From Propionibacterium freudenreichii subsp. freudenreichii (GTDB taxonomy: Bacteria; Actinomycetota; Actinomycetes; Propionibacteriales; Propionibacteriaceae): DNA of 32,000 nt. The translations under genes were made by a program, and so were the position numbers. This document shows positions 23,545 to 32,000 of this stretch, one piece after another; the stretch's first letter is position 1; each line of letters opens with the position of its first letter. Below the pieces are notes generated by a model, which saw only the letters and a program-made list of their open reading frames with translations, was not told the DNA's origin and searched no databases. The stretch lies in the NCBI RefSeq assembly GCF_000940845.1, contig NZ_CP010341.1, positions 1,140,001 to 1,172,000 of the forward strand. The letters run 5' to 3'.

Positions 23545-23769
23545 GATGGGCTCCTCGGTGGTCCGTACATCGATCGTGACGCCCCGGGTCCACTGATTCA
23601 AGTCGGCGGGCGGCGCGTGCCGCCACGAGCCGCCCCGGCGGTGCCGGGCCTGACTTCGGCGGACTGGATCGGGTGGGTACCCTGTGACCAGCCGACGAGC
23701 ACCGTGCCCGGGTCCTGTGACGGATCGGGGACGGGCCGCCCGGCCGTGGCGCTCAAGGATTGGAATTCG

Positions 23770-26700
23770 ATGGCTTCGAAGAACTTCGCTCACCTGCACG
23801 TGCACACCGAGTATTCAATGCTCGATGGTGCGGCGAGCAACGACAAGCTGTTCGCCGAGGTGGCCCGCCAGGGTATGCCCGCAGTCGCCATGACCGACCA
23901 CGGCAATATGTTCGGGGCCTACGAGTTCTACCAGACGGCCAAGAAATATGACGGTGAGCAGAACCCGCTGGTGAAGCCGATCATCGGCATCGAGGCCTAT
24001 GTGGCCCCCTCCACGAGGCTCTCGCGCAGCCAGGAGTTCTGGGGAAACCGTCGCGACACCGGTTCACCCGACACCGAGGGTGGTAAGGATGTCTCGGGTG
24101 GTGGGCGCTACACCCACATGACCATGTTGGCCGCGAACGCCACCGGCCTGCACAATCTGTTCAAGCTGAGTTCCCTGGCCAGCTACGAGGGCTACTACAT
24201 GAAGCCCCGCATGGACCGCGAACTCATTGCGAAGTACTCCGAGGGCATCATCGGGTCCACCGGGTGCCCGTCGGGTGAGGTGCAGACGCGACTGCGCCTG
24301 GGGCAGTTCGAGGAGGCCTGCGAGGCCGCGGCCGCCTATCAGGACATCCTCGGCAAGGAGAACTACTACTGCGAGCTGATGGACCATGGGGTCGACATCG
24401 AGCATCAGGTGCGCGCCGACCTGCTGCGCCTGGCGAAGCGGCTGAAGCTGCCGCTGCTCGCCACCAATGACTCGCACTATGTCACCGAGGACCAGGCCGA
24501 CGACCACGACAACCTGTTGTGCATCGGCGTGGGCCGCAACAAGGATGATCCTGATCGCTTCCGGTTCAACGGTTCGGGCTACTACATCAAGACCGCCGCC
24601 GAAATGCGGGCCCTGTTCCCGGGTCTCGAGGAGGCGGCCGACAACACCCTGGCGATCGCCGAGCGCATCGAATCCTACGAGGAGGTCTTCAGCTACGTCG
24701 ATCGCATGCCGCAATTCGACGTGCCGGCGGGCGAGACCCAGGAGAGTTGGCTGCGCAAGAAGGTCAAGATCGGGCTGAAGAAGCACTACGGCGATCATCC
24801 CAGTGACGCGGTGATGGAGCGTGTCGAAACGGAGCTGAAGGTCATTGAGCCGCTCGGGTTCAGTTCCTACTTCCTGGTGGTTTCCGATATCTGCGATGCC
24901 GCCCGCAAGATGGGCGTCCCGGTGGGGCCCGGACGTGGATCGGCCGCCGGTTCGATCATCGCCTATCTCACCGACATCATCGCGATTGACCCCCTGGAGC
25001 ACGGCCTGCTGTTCGAGCGGTTCCTGAATCCCGAGCGGGTCAACCCGCCCGATATCGACCTCGACTTCGATGATCGCCAGCGTGACAAGGTGATCGACTA
25101 TGTGACCCACAAGTATGGCGAGGAATACACCAGCCAGGTCAACACCTTCAACAAGATCAAGGCAAAGGCTGCCGTCAAGGACGCCAACCGCATCCTGGGC
25201 TATCCCTTCAGCCTGGGCGATCGCATCACCAAGGCCATGCCACCGGATGTGATGGGCAAGGGGGTTCCGCTCAACAAGCTCTTCGATGAGAGCAACGGGC
25301 GCTACTCGGAGGGCCAGGAATTCCGCAATCTGTACAACTCCGACCCCGATGTGAAGCGCGTTGTCGATACCGGTATGGGTATCGAGGGCCTGATCCGTGG
25401 ATCCGGCGTGCATGCATGTGCCTTCATCCTGTCCAGCGAGAAGCTGCTCAACCTCGTGCCGATGCACAAGCGGGACAAGGACGGCATGATCATTGCCGGC
25501 TTTGCCTACCCGCAGCTCGAGGAAATGGGCCTGATGAAGATGGACTTCCTCGGCCTGCGCAACCTGGGCATCATGGATCATTGCGTGAAGAACATCAAGC
25601 GCAACCGTGGCGAGGACGTCGACCTGCAGAAATTGCCGCTGGACGATGCCGCCACCTATGAGCTGATGGCCCGGGGCGACACCCTGGGCGTCTTCCAGCT
25701 CGATGGTGGTGCGATGCGTTCGCTGCTGCGTCAGATGGGGCCCACCTGCTTCGACGACATCATCGCCGTGCTCGCCCTCTACCGTCCCGGTCCGATGGGT
25801 GCCAATGCCCACATCGAGTACGCCGACCGCAAGAACGGTCGCCGTCCGATCGTGCCGATCCATCCCGAACTCAAGGATGACCTGGACGAGATCCTCGCAC
25901 CCACGTATCACCTGATCGTCTACCAGGAGCAGATCATGGCGATCGCGCGCAAGCTGGCGGGTTACACCCTGGGTGGTGCAGACCTGCTGCGGCGTGCCAT
26001 GGGCAAGAAGAAGAAGTACATCCTGGACGAGAACTTCAAGCCCTTCCAGAAGGGAATGCGCGACAACGGCTACTCCGATGAGTCGATCCAGGCCCTGTGG
26101 GATGTGATGGTTCCCTTCGCCGGCTACGCATTCAACAAGTCACATGCCACCGGATATGCCCTGGTGAGCTATTGGACCGCCTATCTCAAGGCGAACTATC
26201 CGGCAGAGTACGGGGCTGCCCTGCTCACCTCCGTGGGTGACGACAAGGACAAGATGGCCCTGTATCTGTCCGACATGCGCGCACAACGCATCAAGGTGCT
26301 GGCCCCCGATGTGAATGCCTCGGAGAAGGAATTCACCGCCGTTGGTGAGGACATCCGCTTCGGCTTGGGCGCAATCCGTAATGTCGGCGATTCGGTGGTC
26401 GGGGGGATCGTCGAGGCTCGCACCGATCACGGGCCGGCCCACGAATTCTTTGAGTTCCTGGACAATGTGCCGCTGTCGGTGTGCAACAAGCGGTGCATCG
26501 AATCGCTGATCAAGGCGGGTGCCTTCGATTCCATGGGCCATTCACGGCGGGCGCTCATGGACGTCTTCGAGACGGCCGTGGACGGGGTGATCGACCTCAA
26601 GCGCAACCAGGCCAACGGACAGGATGACCTGTTCGGCGACCTGGGCGGGGGCGATGCCGAGTCCGATCCCGCCATGAACCACACGGTTCCCGATATCCCC

Positions 26701-27342
26701 GACTGGGACAAGCGCACCAAGCTGGCCTTTGAGCGCGAGATGCTCGGCCTGTACGTCTCCGACCATCCGCTGCGGGGGTTGGAGCATGTGCTGTCCGCCG
26801 AACGCACGATCGGGCTGGGACAGATCGCGGAGCAGGGTGCCGAGGCCGACGGACATGTCGAGGTGATCTGCGGCATGATCACCCAGGTGCAGCGCAAGCA
26901 GACGAAGAAGGGTGCCTTCTGGGCAATCATCGACGTCGAGGACCTGGACGCCAGCATGCAGGTGCTCATCTTCCCGAAGGTCTACGAAACCTGCCTCACC
27001 CAACTGTCGCCCGACACGATCGTGCGGATCCGGGGTCGGGTGGTCAACAAGGATGAGTCGCTGGAGATGCAGGCCGACGAGCTGACCCTGCCCGACATCC
27101 GCCAGTCCAGTGGGGGGCCGGTGACGATCAGGTTGCCGCTGGTGCGCTGCACGCCGCCGATCGTCGCCGAGCTGCGGCAGGTGCTCACCGCCCATCCCGG
27201 TTCCACCGAGGTGCGGGTGCAGCTGGTGGGGCCTCAATCGGACACCGTGCTGCGCGTGGGTGACGGCCTGCGGGTGACGAACGAGCAACCGCTGGTGGCC
27301 GACCTCAAGGCCCTGCTCGGACCCGCCTCCGTGGCCGTATAG
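23770..27342 (+). CDS. dnaE: DNA polymerase III alpha subunit
   Basis: Track ORF 23272..27342 trimmed to ATG 23770. The product starts MASKNFAHLHVHTEYSMLDGA (PHP domain) and continues with the polymerase core and an OB-fold, about 1190 aa. The upstream extension is antisense to the DUF308 gene. Confidence 0.95.
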   Translation: MASKNFAHLHVHTEYSMLDGAASNDKLFAEVARQGMPAVAMTDHGNMFGAYEFYQTAKKYDGEQNPLVKPIIGIEAYVAPSTRLSRSQEFWGNRRDTGSPDTEGGKDVSGGGRYTHMTMLAANATGLHNLFKLSSLASYEGYYMKPRMDRELIAKYSEGIIGSTGCPSGEVQTRLRLGQFEEACEAAAAYQDILGKENYYCELMDHGVDIEHQVRADLLRLAKRLKLPLLATNDSHYVTEDQADDHDNLLCIGVGRNKDDPDRFRFNGSGYYIKTAAEMRALFPGLEEAADNTLAIAERIESYEEVFSYVDRMPQFDVPAGETQESWLRKKVKIGLKKHYGDHPSDAVMERVETELKVIEPLGFSSYFLVVSDICDAARKMGVPVGPGRGSAAGSIIAYLTDIIAIDPLEHGLLFERFLNPERVNPPDIDLDFDDRQRDKVIDYVTHKYGEEYTSQVNTFNKIKAKAAVKDANRILGYPFSLGDRITKAMPPDVMGKGVPLNKLFDESNGRYSEGQEFRNLYNSDPDVKRVVDTGMGIEGLIRGSGVHACAFILSSEKLLNLVPMHKRDKDGMIIAGFAYPQLEEMGLMKMDFLGLRNLGIMDHCVKNIKRNRGEDVDLQKLPLDDAATYELMARGDTLGVFQLDGGAMRSLLRQMGPTCFDDIIAVLALYRPGPMGANAHIEYADRKNGRRPIVPIHPELKDDLDEILAPTYHLIVYQEQIMAIARKLAGYTLGGADLLRRAMGKKKKYILDENFKPFQKGMRDNGYSDESIQALWDVMVPFAGYAFNKSHATGYALVSYWTAYLKANYPAEYGAALLTSVGDDKDKMALYLSDMRAQRIKVLAPDVNASEKEFTAVGEDIRFGLGAIRNVGDSVVGGIVEARTDHGPAHEFFEFLDNVPLSVCNKRCIESLIKAGAFDSMGHSRRALMDVFETAVDGVIDLKRNQANGQDDLFGDLGGGDAESDPAMNHTVPDIPDWDKRTKLAFEREMLGLYVSDHPLRGLEHVLSAERTIGLGQIAEQGAEADGHVEVICGMITQVQRKQTKKGAFWAIIDVEDLDASMQVLIFPKVYETCLTQLSPDTIVRIRGRVVNKDESLEMQADELTLPDIRQSSGGPVTIRLPLVRCTPPIVAELRQVLTAHPGSTEVRVQLVGPQSDTVLRVGDGLRVTNEQPLVADLKALLGPASVAV

Positions 27343-27354
27343 CCTGAGCACGAT

Positions 27355-27386
27355 GGCCCCGACTGCCCGTCGGGTCGATCGGGGCC
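27355..27386 (+). terminator. Hairpin downstream of dnaE (8-bp GC stem, structured 16-nt loop)
   Basis: ggccccga (27355-27362) pairs with tcggggcc (27379-27386), 13 nt after the dnaE stop. There is no U-tract. Confidence 0.4.
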
Positions 27387-27414
27387 AGCCATGGTGAGCG
27401 AAGGGAACGCGTGA

Positions 27415-28140
27415 GTGAGTGAGTCGGTGGGGACAGCGCCCGAGGCGCCCGGACCAGCCGCGCGGGATGCCGGCGGGCCGCCGCCCGGGGCCGGGCCGTC
27501 GCGCGGTCGGGCGTGGCTTGCCTCCCGTCGTCGCGAGCTGGGCTTCCTGGCCCTGTTCGTGGTCATCTGCGCGGTGGCCGGTGCCGTCTGCGCGGTGATC
27601 TGGAAGCTCACCGCCCCGGTGCCGACGATCACCGTGTCAAACGACGGCAGCGCCGCGGTGAGCAACCAGGCGCTGTCGGAGTTCTTCGGCGCCGACGCGG
27701 ACTTCATGATCATCGGCATGTTCGGCGGTGTTGCGCTGGGCACACTCGCCTGGCATTGGTTCAAGGGCTGGGGCTGGCCGGTGGCCATGGTCGCGATCGT
27801 CGGGTCCGCCCTTGCTGCCCTGATCACCTGGCGGCTCGGCACCTTGTTGGGGCCCCATGACTTCGCCGGACGGCTCGCCGGGGCGCCGGGGGGGGCAACG
27901 ATCCCCATTGACCTCACCCTGCGTTCGGCCACGGCCTGGCTGCTGTGGCCATTCGGTGCAACCGTTCCGGTGTTGCTCTACAGCGCGCTGGGTCGCGACG
28001 AGGAGAAGGACGAGCACCAGGCGGCCGATCACGACCAGGACGCCGTTGGTGCCCGGGAGGCCCCCGGCCCGAAGCCTGCCACCGGCCTCACCCGCAGCGG
28101 ACATCGCCTGATCCGCTTCCCGGCATTCGGCAGGCACTGA
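27415..28140 (+). CDS. Hypothetical integral membrane protein (4 predicted TM segments, charged C-terminal tail)
   Basis: 241 aa with a GTG start, and AAGGGA (27400-27405) lies 9 nt upstream. The hydrophobic segments are FLALFVVICAVAGAVCAVIW, FMIIGMFGGVALGTLAW, PVAMVAIVGSALAALITW and WLLWPFGATVPVLLY. I do not confidently recognise a family. Confidence 0.5.
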   Translation: MSESVGTAPEAPGPAARDAGGPPPGAGPSRGRAWLASRRRELGFLALFVVICAVAGAVCAVIWKLTAPVPTITVSNDGSAAVSNQALSEFFGADADFMIIGMFGGVALGTLAWHWFKGWGWPVAMVAIVGSALAALITWRLGTLLGPHDFAGRLAGAPGGATIPIDLTLRSATAWLLWPFGATVPVLLYSALGRDEEKDEHQAADHDQDAVGAREAPGPKPATGLTRSGHRLIRFPAFGRH

Positions 28141-28155
28141 GCCCCGGCCGGGCTC
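28139..28155. terminator. Short hairpin between convergent genes (6-bp stem)
   Basis: gagccc cggcc gggctc, overlapping the TGA at 28138-28140. This is weak evidence. Confidence 0.3.
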
Positions 28156-28176
28156 CCGGTGCTGCCCGGCGGTGCC

Positions 28177-28695
28177 TCAGCTCCAGTGGAGTCCCGGCCT
28201 GGAAATGGTGCCCAGCCGGCCGTGGGTCGCGCGCACCAGGTCATCGGGGGCCATCTCCACGCTCAGCCCGCGACGCCCCCCTGACACGAAGATGGTCGGC
28301 GCCGCCGCGGCCGACTGGTCGATGATCACCGGCGTCTGGCGCTTCTGACCCAGCGGGGAGATCCCGCCCCGCACGAACCCGGTCACCCGCTGCGCCACCG
28401 CGGGATCGGCCAGCGCCGCCCGCTTGGCCTTGGACAAGGCGGCGATCTGCTTGAGGTCGAGGTGGTTGTCGGCAGGGATCACGGCCGTCACCAGGGGCTC
28501 CGGCCCCGACGTCAGCTCGACCACCAGGGTCTTGAAGACCCGTGCCGGATCGACGTGCAGCGCCGCGGCGGCCTCCTCGCCGAAATAGCGTGAGCGCGGG
28601 TCATGGACGTAGGGGTGCAGCGTATGGGGCAGCCCCGTGCGGGCCAGCGCCACCGTGGCGGGAGTACCGGTTGACTTGTTCGCAGACTTCGACAT
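28177..28695 (-). CDS. ybaK: Cys-tRNA(Pro)/Cys-tRNA(Cys) deacylase, YbaK/EbsC family
   Basis: 172 aa. It reads HTLHPYVHDP..FGEEAAAALHVDPARVFKTLVV..LDLKQIAALSKAKRAALADPAVAQRVTGFVRGGISPLGQK..IFVSGGRRGLSVEMAP, which fits the YbaK trans-editing domain pattern. Confidence 0.85.
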   Translation of the reverse strand: MSKSANKSTGTPATVALARTGLPHTLHPYVHDPRSRYFGEEAAAALHVDPARVFKTLVVELTSGPEPLVTAVIPADNHLDLKQIAALSKAKRAALADPAVAQRVTGFVRGGISPLGQKRQTPVIIDQSAAAAPTIFVSGGRRGLSVEMAPDDLVRATHGRLGTISRPGLHWS

Positions 28696-28740
28696 CCCTG
28701 AACGATTCCTTGGTGGGCGGACACTGATCGGCGGGTCCGG

Positions 28741-29531
28741 TCAGGTGACCAACCCCACGATAACGACCCCCACCGGGGCCAGAACGAGGGCCGGCACCAT
28801 CTCGGCGACCGCAAGCCGTGCGATCCCGGCCAGCCGCAGGCCGAGCGCCATCAGGATGATCCCGCCGGTCGCGTCCAGGACGTTCAACTCGGCGGGGGGC
28901 AACAGTCCACCCAGCCACCAGCCGAGCACGGTCAGCAGGCCCTGGTAGACCAGCACCACCGCGGCGCCGCCGGCCACCGCGAAACCGAAGCTCGCCGACA
29001 ACGCCAGTGCCGTGAAGCCGTCCAGGATCGCCTTGACGATCAACTGGTCATTGCCCTGGCCCAGGCCGTCCTGCAGCGATCCGAGGATCCCCATGGGGCC
29101 GATGCAGAACACGAGCGTCGCGGTGACGAATCCCTCGACCGACCGCGAGGTCAGTGTCGTCCCTGCCGGGCGGCCACGGTTGAACGTCGAGCGGGCCCAT
29201 TCACCCAACTGCTCGATGCGCTGCTCCAGGCGCCGAGCATCGTGCCGATGACCAGCGCGAGCAACACGATGACCACGCCGGCCTGTCCCACTGCGCGCGG
29301 CACCGATGCGTCGAGGAGCGAGGGGATCGACAGGCCGCCGATGGTCACGACCACCAGCCCGAGCACGGGGGTGACCGCATCGCGCACCCGCGAGGGGAGG
29401 TGCTCGCCGAACAAGGTGCCGACCGCGGCCCCCACGACGATGCACAGGGCATTGATGACGGTGCCGGCACCGAGGAAGAGCTGTGCGGGGATCACACAGG
29501 TATTCCACCACCAGTGGCACCCGGGGGCCAT
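28741..29531 (-). pseudogene. DUF554 (YqgA/YdfK-type) membrane protein gene split by a 1-nt frameshift near 29229-29234
   Basis: The N-terminal half (..LFLGAGTVINALCIVVGAAVGTLFGEHLP..VVIVLLALVIGTMLGA) is in the frame of track ORF 29151..29531. The C-terminal half (LEQRIEQLGEWARSTF..VEGFVTATLVFCIGPMGILGSLQDGLGQGNDQLIVKAILDGFTALALSASFG..) is in the frame of track ORF 28741..29631. Outside these halves each frame turns into Arg/Ser junk. The start is probably GTG 29495 or ATG 29531. Confidence 0.7.
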
Positions 29532-29608
29532 GTGGGGCCCTCGTGGCGCCCTTGACGTGCCGGCGGACGTCGCCGAGGGGCTTGTGTGCGCGCCGATAGG
29601 ATGGCGCC

Positions 29609-30922
29609 GTGTTGCGAATGATTGATGTCACCGGCCAACGACTCGACGACTACACCGCGGTTCTGCCCCGCGGCCACTTCGACGTCGAGCATGCCGTGGC
29701 AGCCGTCGAACCGATCTGCCGGGCCGTCGCCGAGGAGGGCGAGACCGCGCTGCGTCGCTTTGCCGAGCAATTCGACCATGTGGTCCCCGAGCAGCTCCGC
29801 GTGCCCGAGGAAGCGCTTGACCGGGCCCTGGACGACCTGGAGCCCGGATTGCGGGCAGCCATCGAGGAGTCCATTCGCCGCCGTCGCGAGGTGGCCCGGG
29901 GGATCGAGACCGAGGAGGCCTTCCGGGAGATCGAGGTGGCGCCGGGTGCCCGCGTCGCCAACCGGCTCGTACCGGTGGGCCGGGTCGGGCTGTACGTTCC
30001 CGGAGGGCTTGCACCGCTCGCCTCCACGGTGTTGATGAACGTGGTTCCCGCCCAGGTGGCCGGCGTGCAATCGATCGCCGTGGCCACGCCGCCACAGGCC
30101 GAGTTCGGCGGCCTTCCCCACCCCACGATCCTGGCCGTGTGCCGGCTCCTGGGGGTTACGGAGGTCTACGCGGTCGGTGGTGCGCAGGCCGTCGCGATGT
30201 TCGCCTACGGGGTGCCGGGCCTGTGTCGCAGGGCCGACATGGTCACCGGACCGGGAAATATCTATGTCGTGGCGGCCAAGCGCCTGCTGCGCGGACGGAT
30301 CGGCATCGATGCCGAGGCCGGTCCCACCGAGATCCTCGTGCTGGCCGATGACCGGGCGAATCCGGCCTATGTGGCCGCCGACCTGATCAGCCAGGCCGAG
30401 CACGATCCGATGGCCGGCGCAGTACTGGTCACCGACTCGAGCGCCCTGCTCACCCGGGTCGAGGAGGAGTTGGCCGACCAGGTCGAGCGGCTCGCCACCC
30501 GGGACCGCCTGAAGGTCTCACTGACCGGTGAGCAGTCAGGCGTGGTGCTGGTGGCCGACATGGACCAGGGCATCGATGTGGTCAATGACTACGCTCCGGA
30601 GCACCTGGAGATCCAGACCGTCGATGCTGCGGCGCTGGCCCAGCGCGTGCGTTCGGCCGGGGCAGTGTTCGTGGGCTCCCATTCCCCGGTGCCGTTGGGC
30701 GACTATTCGGCCGGCTCGACGCACGTCCTGCCGACCGGGGGAGCGGCACACTTCTCGTCCGGATTGACCACCCGCAGCTTCCTCAAGGCGATGCATATCA
30801 TCGACTACTCGGCGCAGGCGCTCGGCGCCATCGGCGACGCCGTCGAACAGTTCGCGCACGCCGAGCACCTGCCCGGCCACGCCGAGGCCATTGCGGTACG
30901 CACCGGACGAGAGGTCGAATGA
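29609..30922 (+). CDS. hisD: Histidinol dehydrogenase
   Basis: 437 aa. It contains [31 protein letters not shown] and [15 protein letters not shown]. The start is GTG 29609 with AGGA 7 nt upstream; ATG 29618 is the alternative. Confidence 0.92.
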   Translation: MLRMIDVTGQRLDDYTAVLPRGHFDVEHAVAAVEPICRAVAEEGETALRRFAEQFDHVVPEQLRVPEEALDRALDDLEPGLRAAIEESIRRRREVARGIETEEAFREIEVAPGARVANRLVPVGRVGLYVPGGLAPLASTVLMNVVPAQVAGVQSIAVATPPQAEFGGLPHPTILAVCRLLGVTEVYAVGGAQAVAMFAYGVPGLCRRADMVTGPGNIYVVAAKRLLRGRIGIDAEAGPTEILVLADDRANPAYVAADLISQAEHDPMAGAVLVTDSSALLTRVEEELADQVERLATRDRLKVSLTGEQSGVVLVADMDQGIDVVNDYAPEHLEIQTVDAAALAQRVRSAGAVFVGSHSPVPLGDYSAGSTHVLPTGGAAHFSSGLTTRSFLKAMHIIDYSAQALGAIGDAVEQFAHAEHLPGHAEAIAVRTGREVE

Positions 30923-32000
30923 TGAGCGCAGCACCGCGCGATCCGCGCACCACCCAGCTCCAGGCCTCGGCCGTGCCGGGCCCGGAGATCTCGCTCGCCG
31001 AACTGCCATTGCGTCCCGAACTGGTGGGTGAGGAGCCCTATGGCGCCCCCCAGCTCGACGTTCCGGTGGCACTCAACACCAACGAGAACCCCTACTCGCC
31101 CAGCGTGCTGGTGCGGGCACAGATGGCTGCTGCCATCGAAAGGGTCGCCCGCACCCTCAACCGCTATCCCGACCGGGAGGCCCTTGAGCTGCGCGCCGAT
31201 CTGGCCAAGTACCTCGGTTTCGGCCTGCACGCCCGCAACATCTGGGTCGCCAACGGATCCAACGAGGTGATGACCCATGTGTTGTCGGCGTTCGGTGGGC
31301 CGGGGCGCACCGTCCTGACCTTCACCCCCACCTACTCGATGTATCCGGAATACGCGCGCAATACGCACACGAACTATGTGACGGTGCCGCGCAAGCCCGA
31401 CTTCACCCTCGACAGTGAGCTCGTGCTGCAGGCGGTGGCAGAGCACCATCCCGATGTCATCCTGATCACCACCCCGAACAATCCCACCGGAACCCTCACG
31501 CCGGTCAAGGTGGTGGAGGAGATCCTGGAGCGCACCGACGCGCTGGTCGTGGTCGATGAGGCCTACCAGGAGTTCACCGAGTTCCCCGAGGACTCGGCTC
31601 TGGCCCTGTTGCCGCGCTTCGGACGACTCATCGTGAGTCGCACCATGAGCAAGGCCTTCGCCCTGGCCGGTGGGCGGGTCGGATACCTGGCGGCAGCGCC
31701 CGCCGTCGTCGATGCCTGCCGGATCGTGCGCCTGCCGTACCACCTTTCCGCCCAGACCCAGGCCATTGCCCGGGTCGCGCTGGCGAACAAGTCGGAATTG
31801 CTGGCCCAGGTGGACGAGCTGCGCCAGGCCTGCCAGGACCTTCAGGACTGGCTGCGCCGCACCGGGTTGGACGTGGTGCCGAGCCAGGCGAACTTCTGCC
31901 TGTTCGGCCGCTTCGTCGACCGCCATGCGGTATGGCAGGCCCTGCTGGACGAAGGGGTCCTGGTGCGCGAGACCGGGCCGGAGGGCTTCCTGAGGGTCAG
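30919..32000 (+). CDS. hisC: Histidinol-phosphate aminotransferase (3' end beyond window)
   Basis: My own translation from ATG 30919 (ATGA overlap with the hisD stop) gives [49 protein letters not shown].. and later [20 protein letters not shown], the PLP-lysine motif. The frame stays open to the window edge, so it is absent from the ORF track. Confidence 0.88.
   Translation, partial: MMSAAPRDPRTTQLQASAVPGPEISLAELPLRPELVGEEPYGAPQLDVPVALNTNENPYSPSVLVRAQMAAAIERVARTLNRYPDREALELRADLAKYLGFGLHARNIWVANGSNEVMTHVLSAFGGPGRTVLTFTPTYSMYPEYARNTHTNYVTVPRKPDFTLDSELVLQAVAEHHPDVILITTPNNPTGTLTPVKVVEEILERTDALVVVDEAYQEFTEFPEDSALALLPRFGRLIVSRTMSKAFALAGGRVGYLAAAPAVVDACRIVRLPYHLSAQTQAIARVALANKSELLAQVDELRQACQDLQDWLRRTGLDVVPSQANFCLFGRFVDRHAVWQALLDEGVLVRETGPEGFLRV

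Noticed and set aside
24064-25911. 615-aa ORF on the - strand
   Set aside because: It is antisense to the middle of dnaE, whose + strand product is unmistakable. It is a shadow ORF with G/V/D/L/H-rich filler sequence.
27391-27423. 7-codon uORF (ATG GTG AGC GAA GGG AAC GCG TGA) ending directly before the GTG start of the membrane-protein gene, and a (GTGA)x3 tetranucleotide run at 27411-27422
   Set aside because: Three repeat units are too few to argue for phase variation. The uORF has no SD of its own and overlaps the AAGGGA that serves the downstream GTG. It is most likely coincidental.
30805-31926. 373-aa ORF on the - strand
   Set aside because: It is antisense to hisC, whose + frame contains LNTNENPY and the [11 protein letters not shown]-lysine motif.

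Overview
This is a visibly GC-rich, gene-dense core chromosome segment from a high-GC actinobacterium. The truncated left-edge gene reads MVKKVALLTAGGFAPCLSSAIAELIKRYTEV, which matches my memory of the Propionibacterium freudenreichii PPi-phosphofructokinase. I therefore suspect Propionibacteriaceae, but that is recollection, not a search result. Nearly every base is explained by conserved housekeeping genes. In order they are: pfp (partial), a lone TadE/G-like gene, a YciO/YrdC-family gene, a rhomboid protease, a PIG-L deacetylase, a PAC2-family protein, a three-gene ABC importer (lipoprotein SBP, permease, ATPase), a histidine phosphatase, glnS, a TIGR03085/DinB-like gene, hisI-trpE-trpC-trpB-trpA-lgt, gltB-gltD, a DUF308/HdeD-like membrane protein, dnaE, a hypothetical membrane protein, ybaK, a frameshifted DUF554 gene, and hisD-hisC (partial). 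I found no rRNA, tRNA, CRISPR array, transposase/integrase, phage gene or recognisable defence or toxin module, and no unexplained intergenic space larger than about 225 bp. My honest conclusion is that this is an ordinary conserved synteny block with no evidence of a novel multi-gene system. The points worth a second look are small. They are a 1-nt frameshift splitting the DUF554 gene, a perfect 48-bp palindrome between convergent genes, an orphan TadE/G-like gene behind a GGGCAC(C)-repeat region, a GlnRS in an actinobacterium, the fully overlap-coupled hisI-trp-lgt chain without trpG/trpD or an attenuator, and a repeat-structured leader in front of the ABC importer. The many long ORFs antisense to these genes are typical high-GC shadow ORFs and were rejected.
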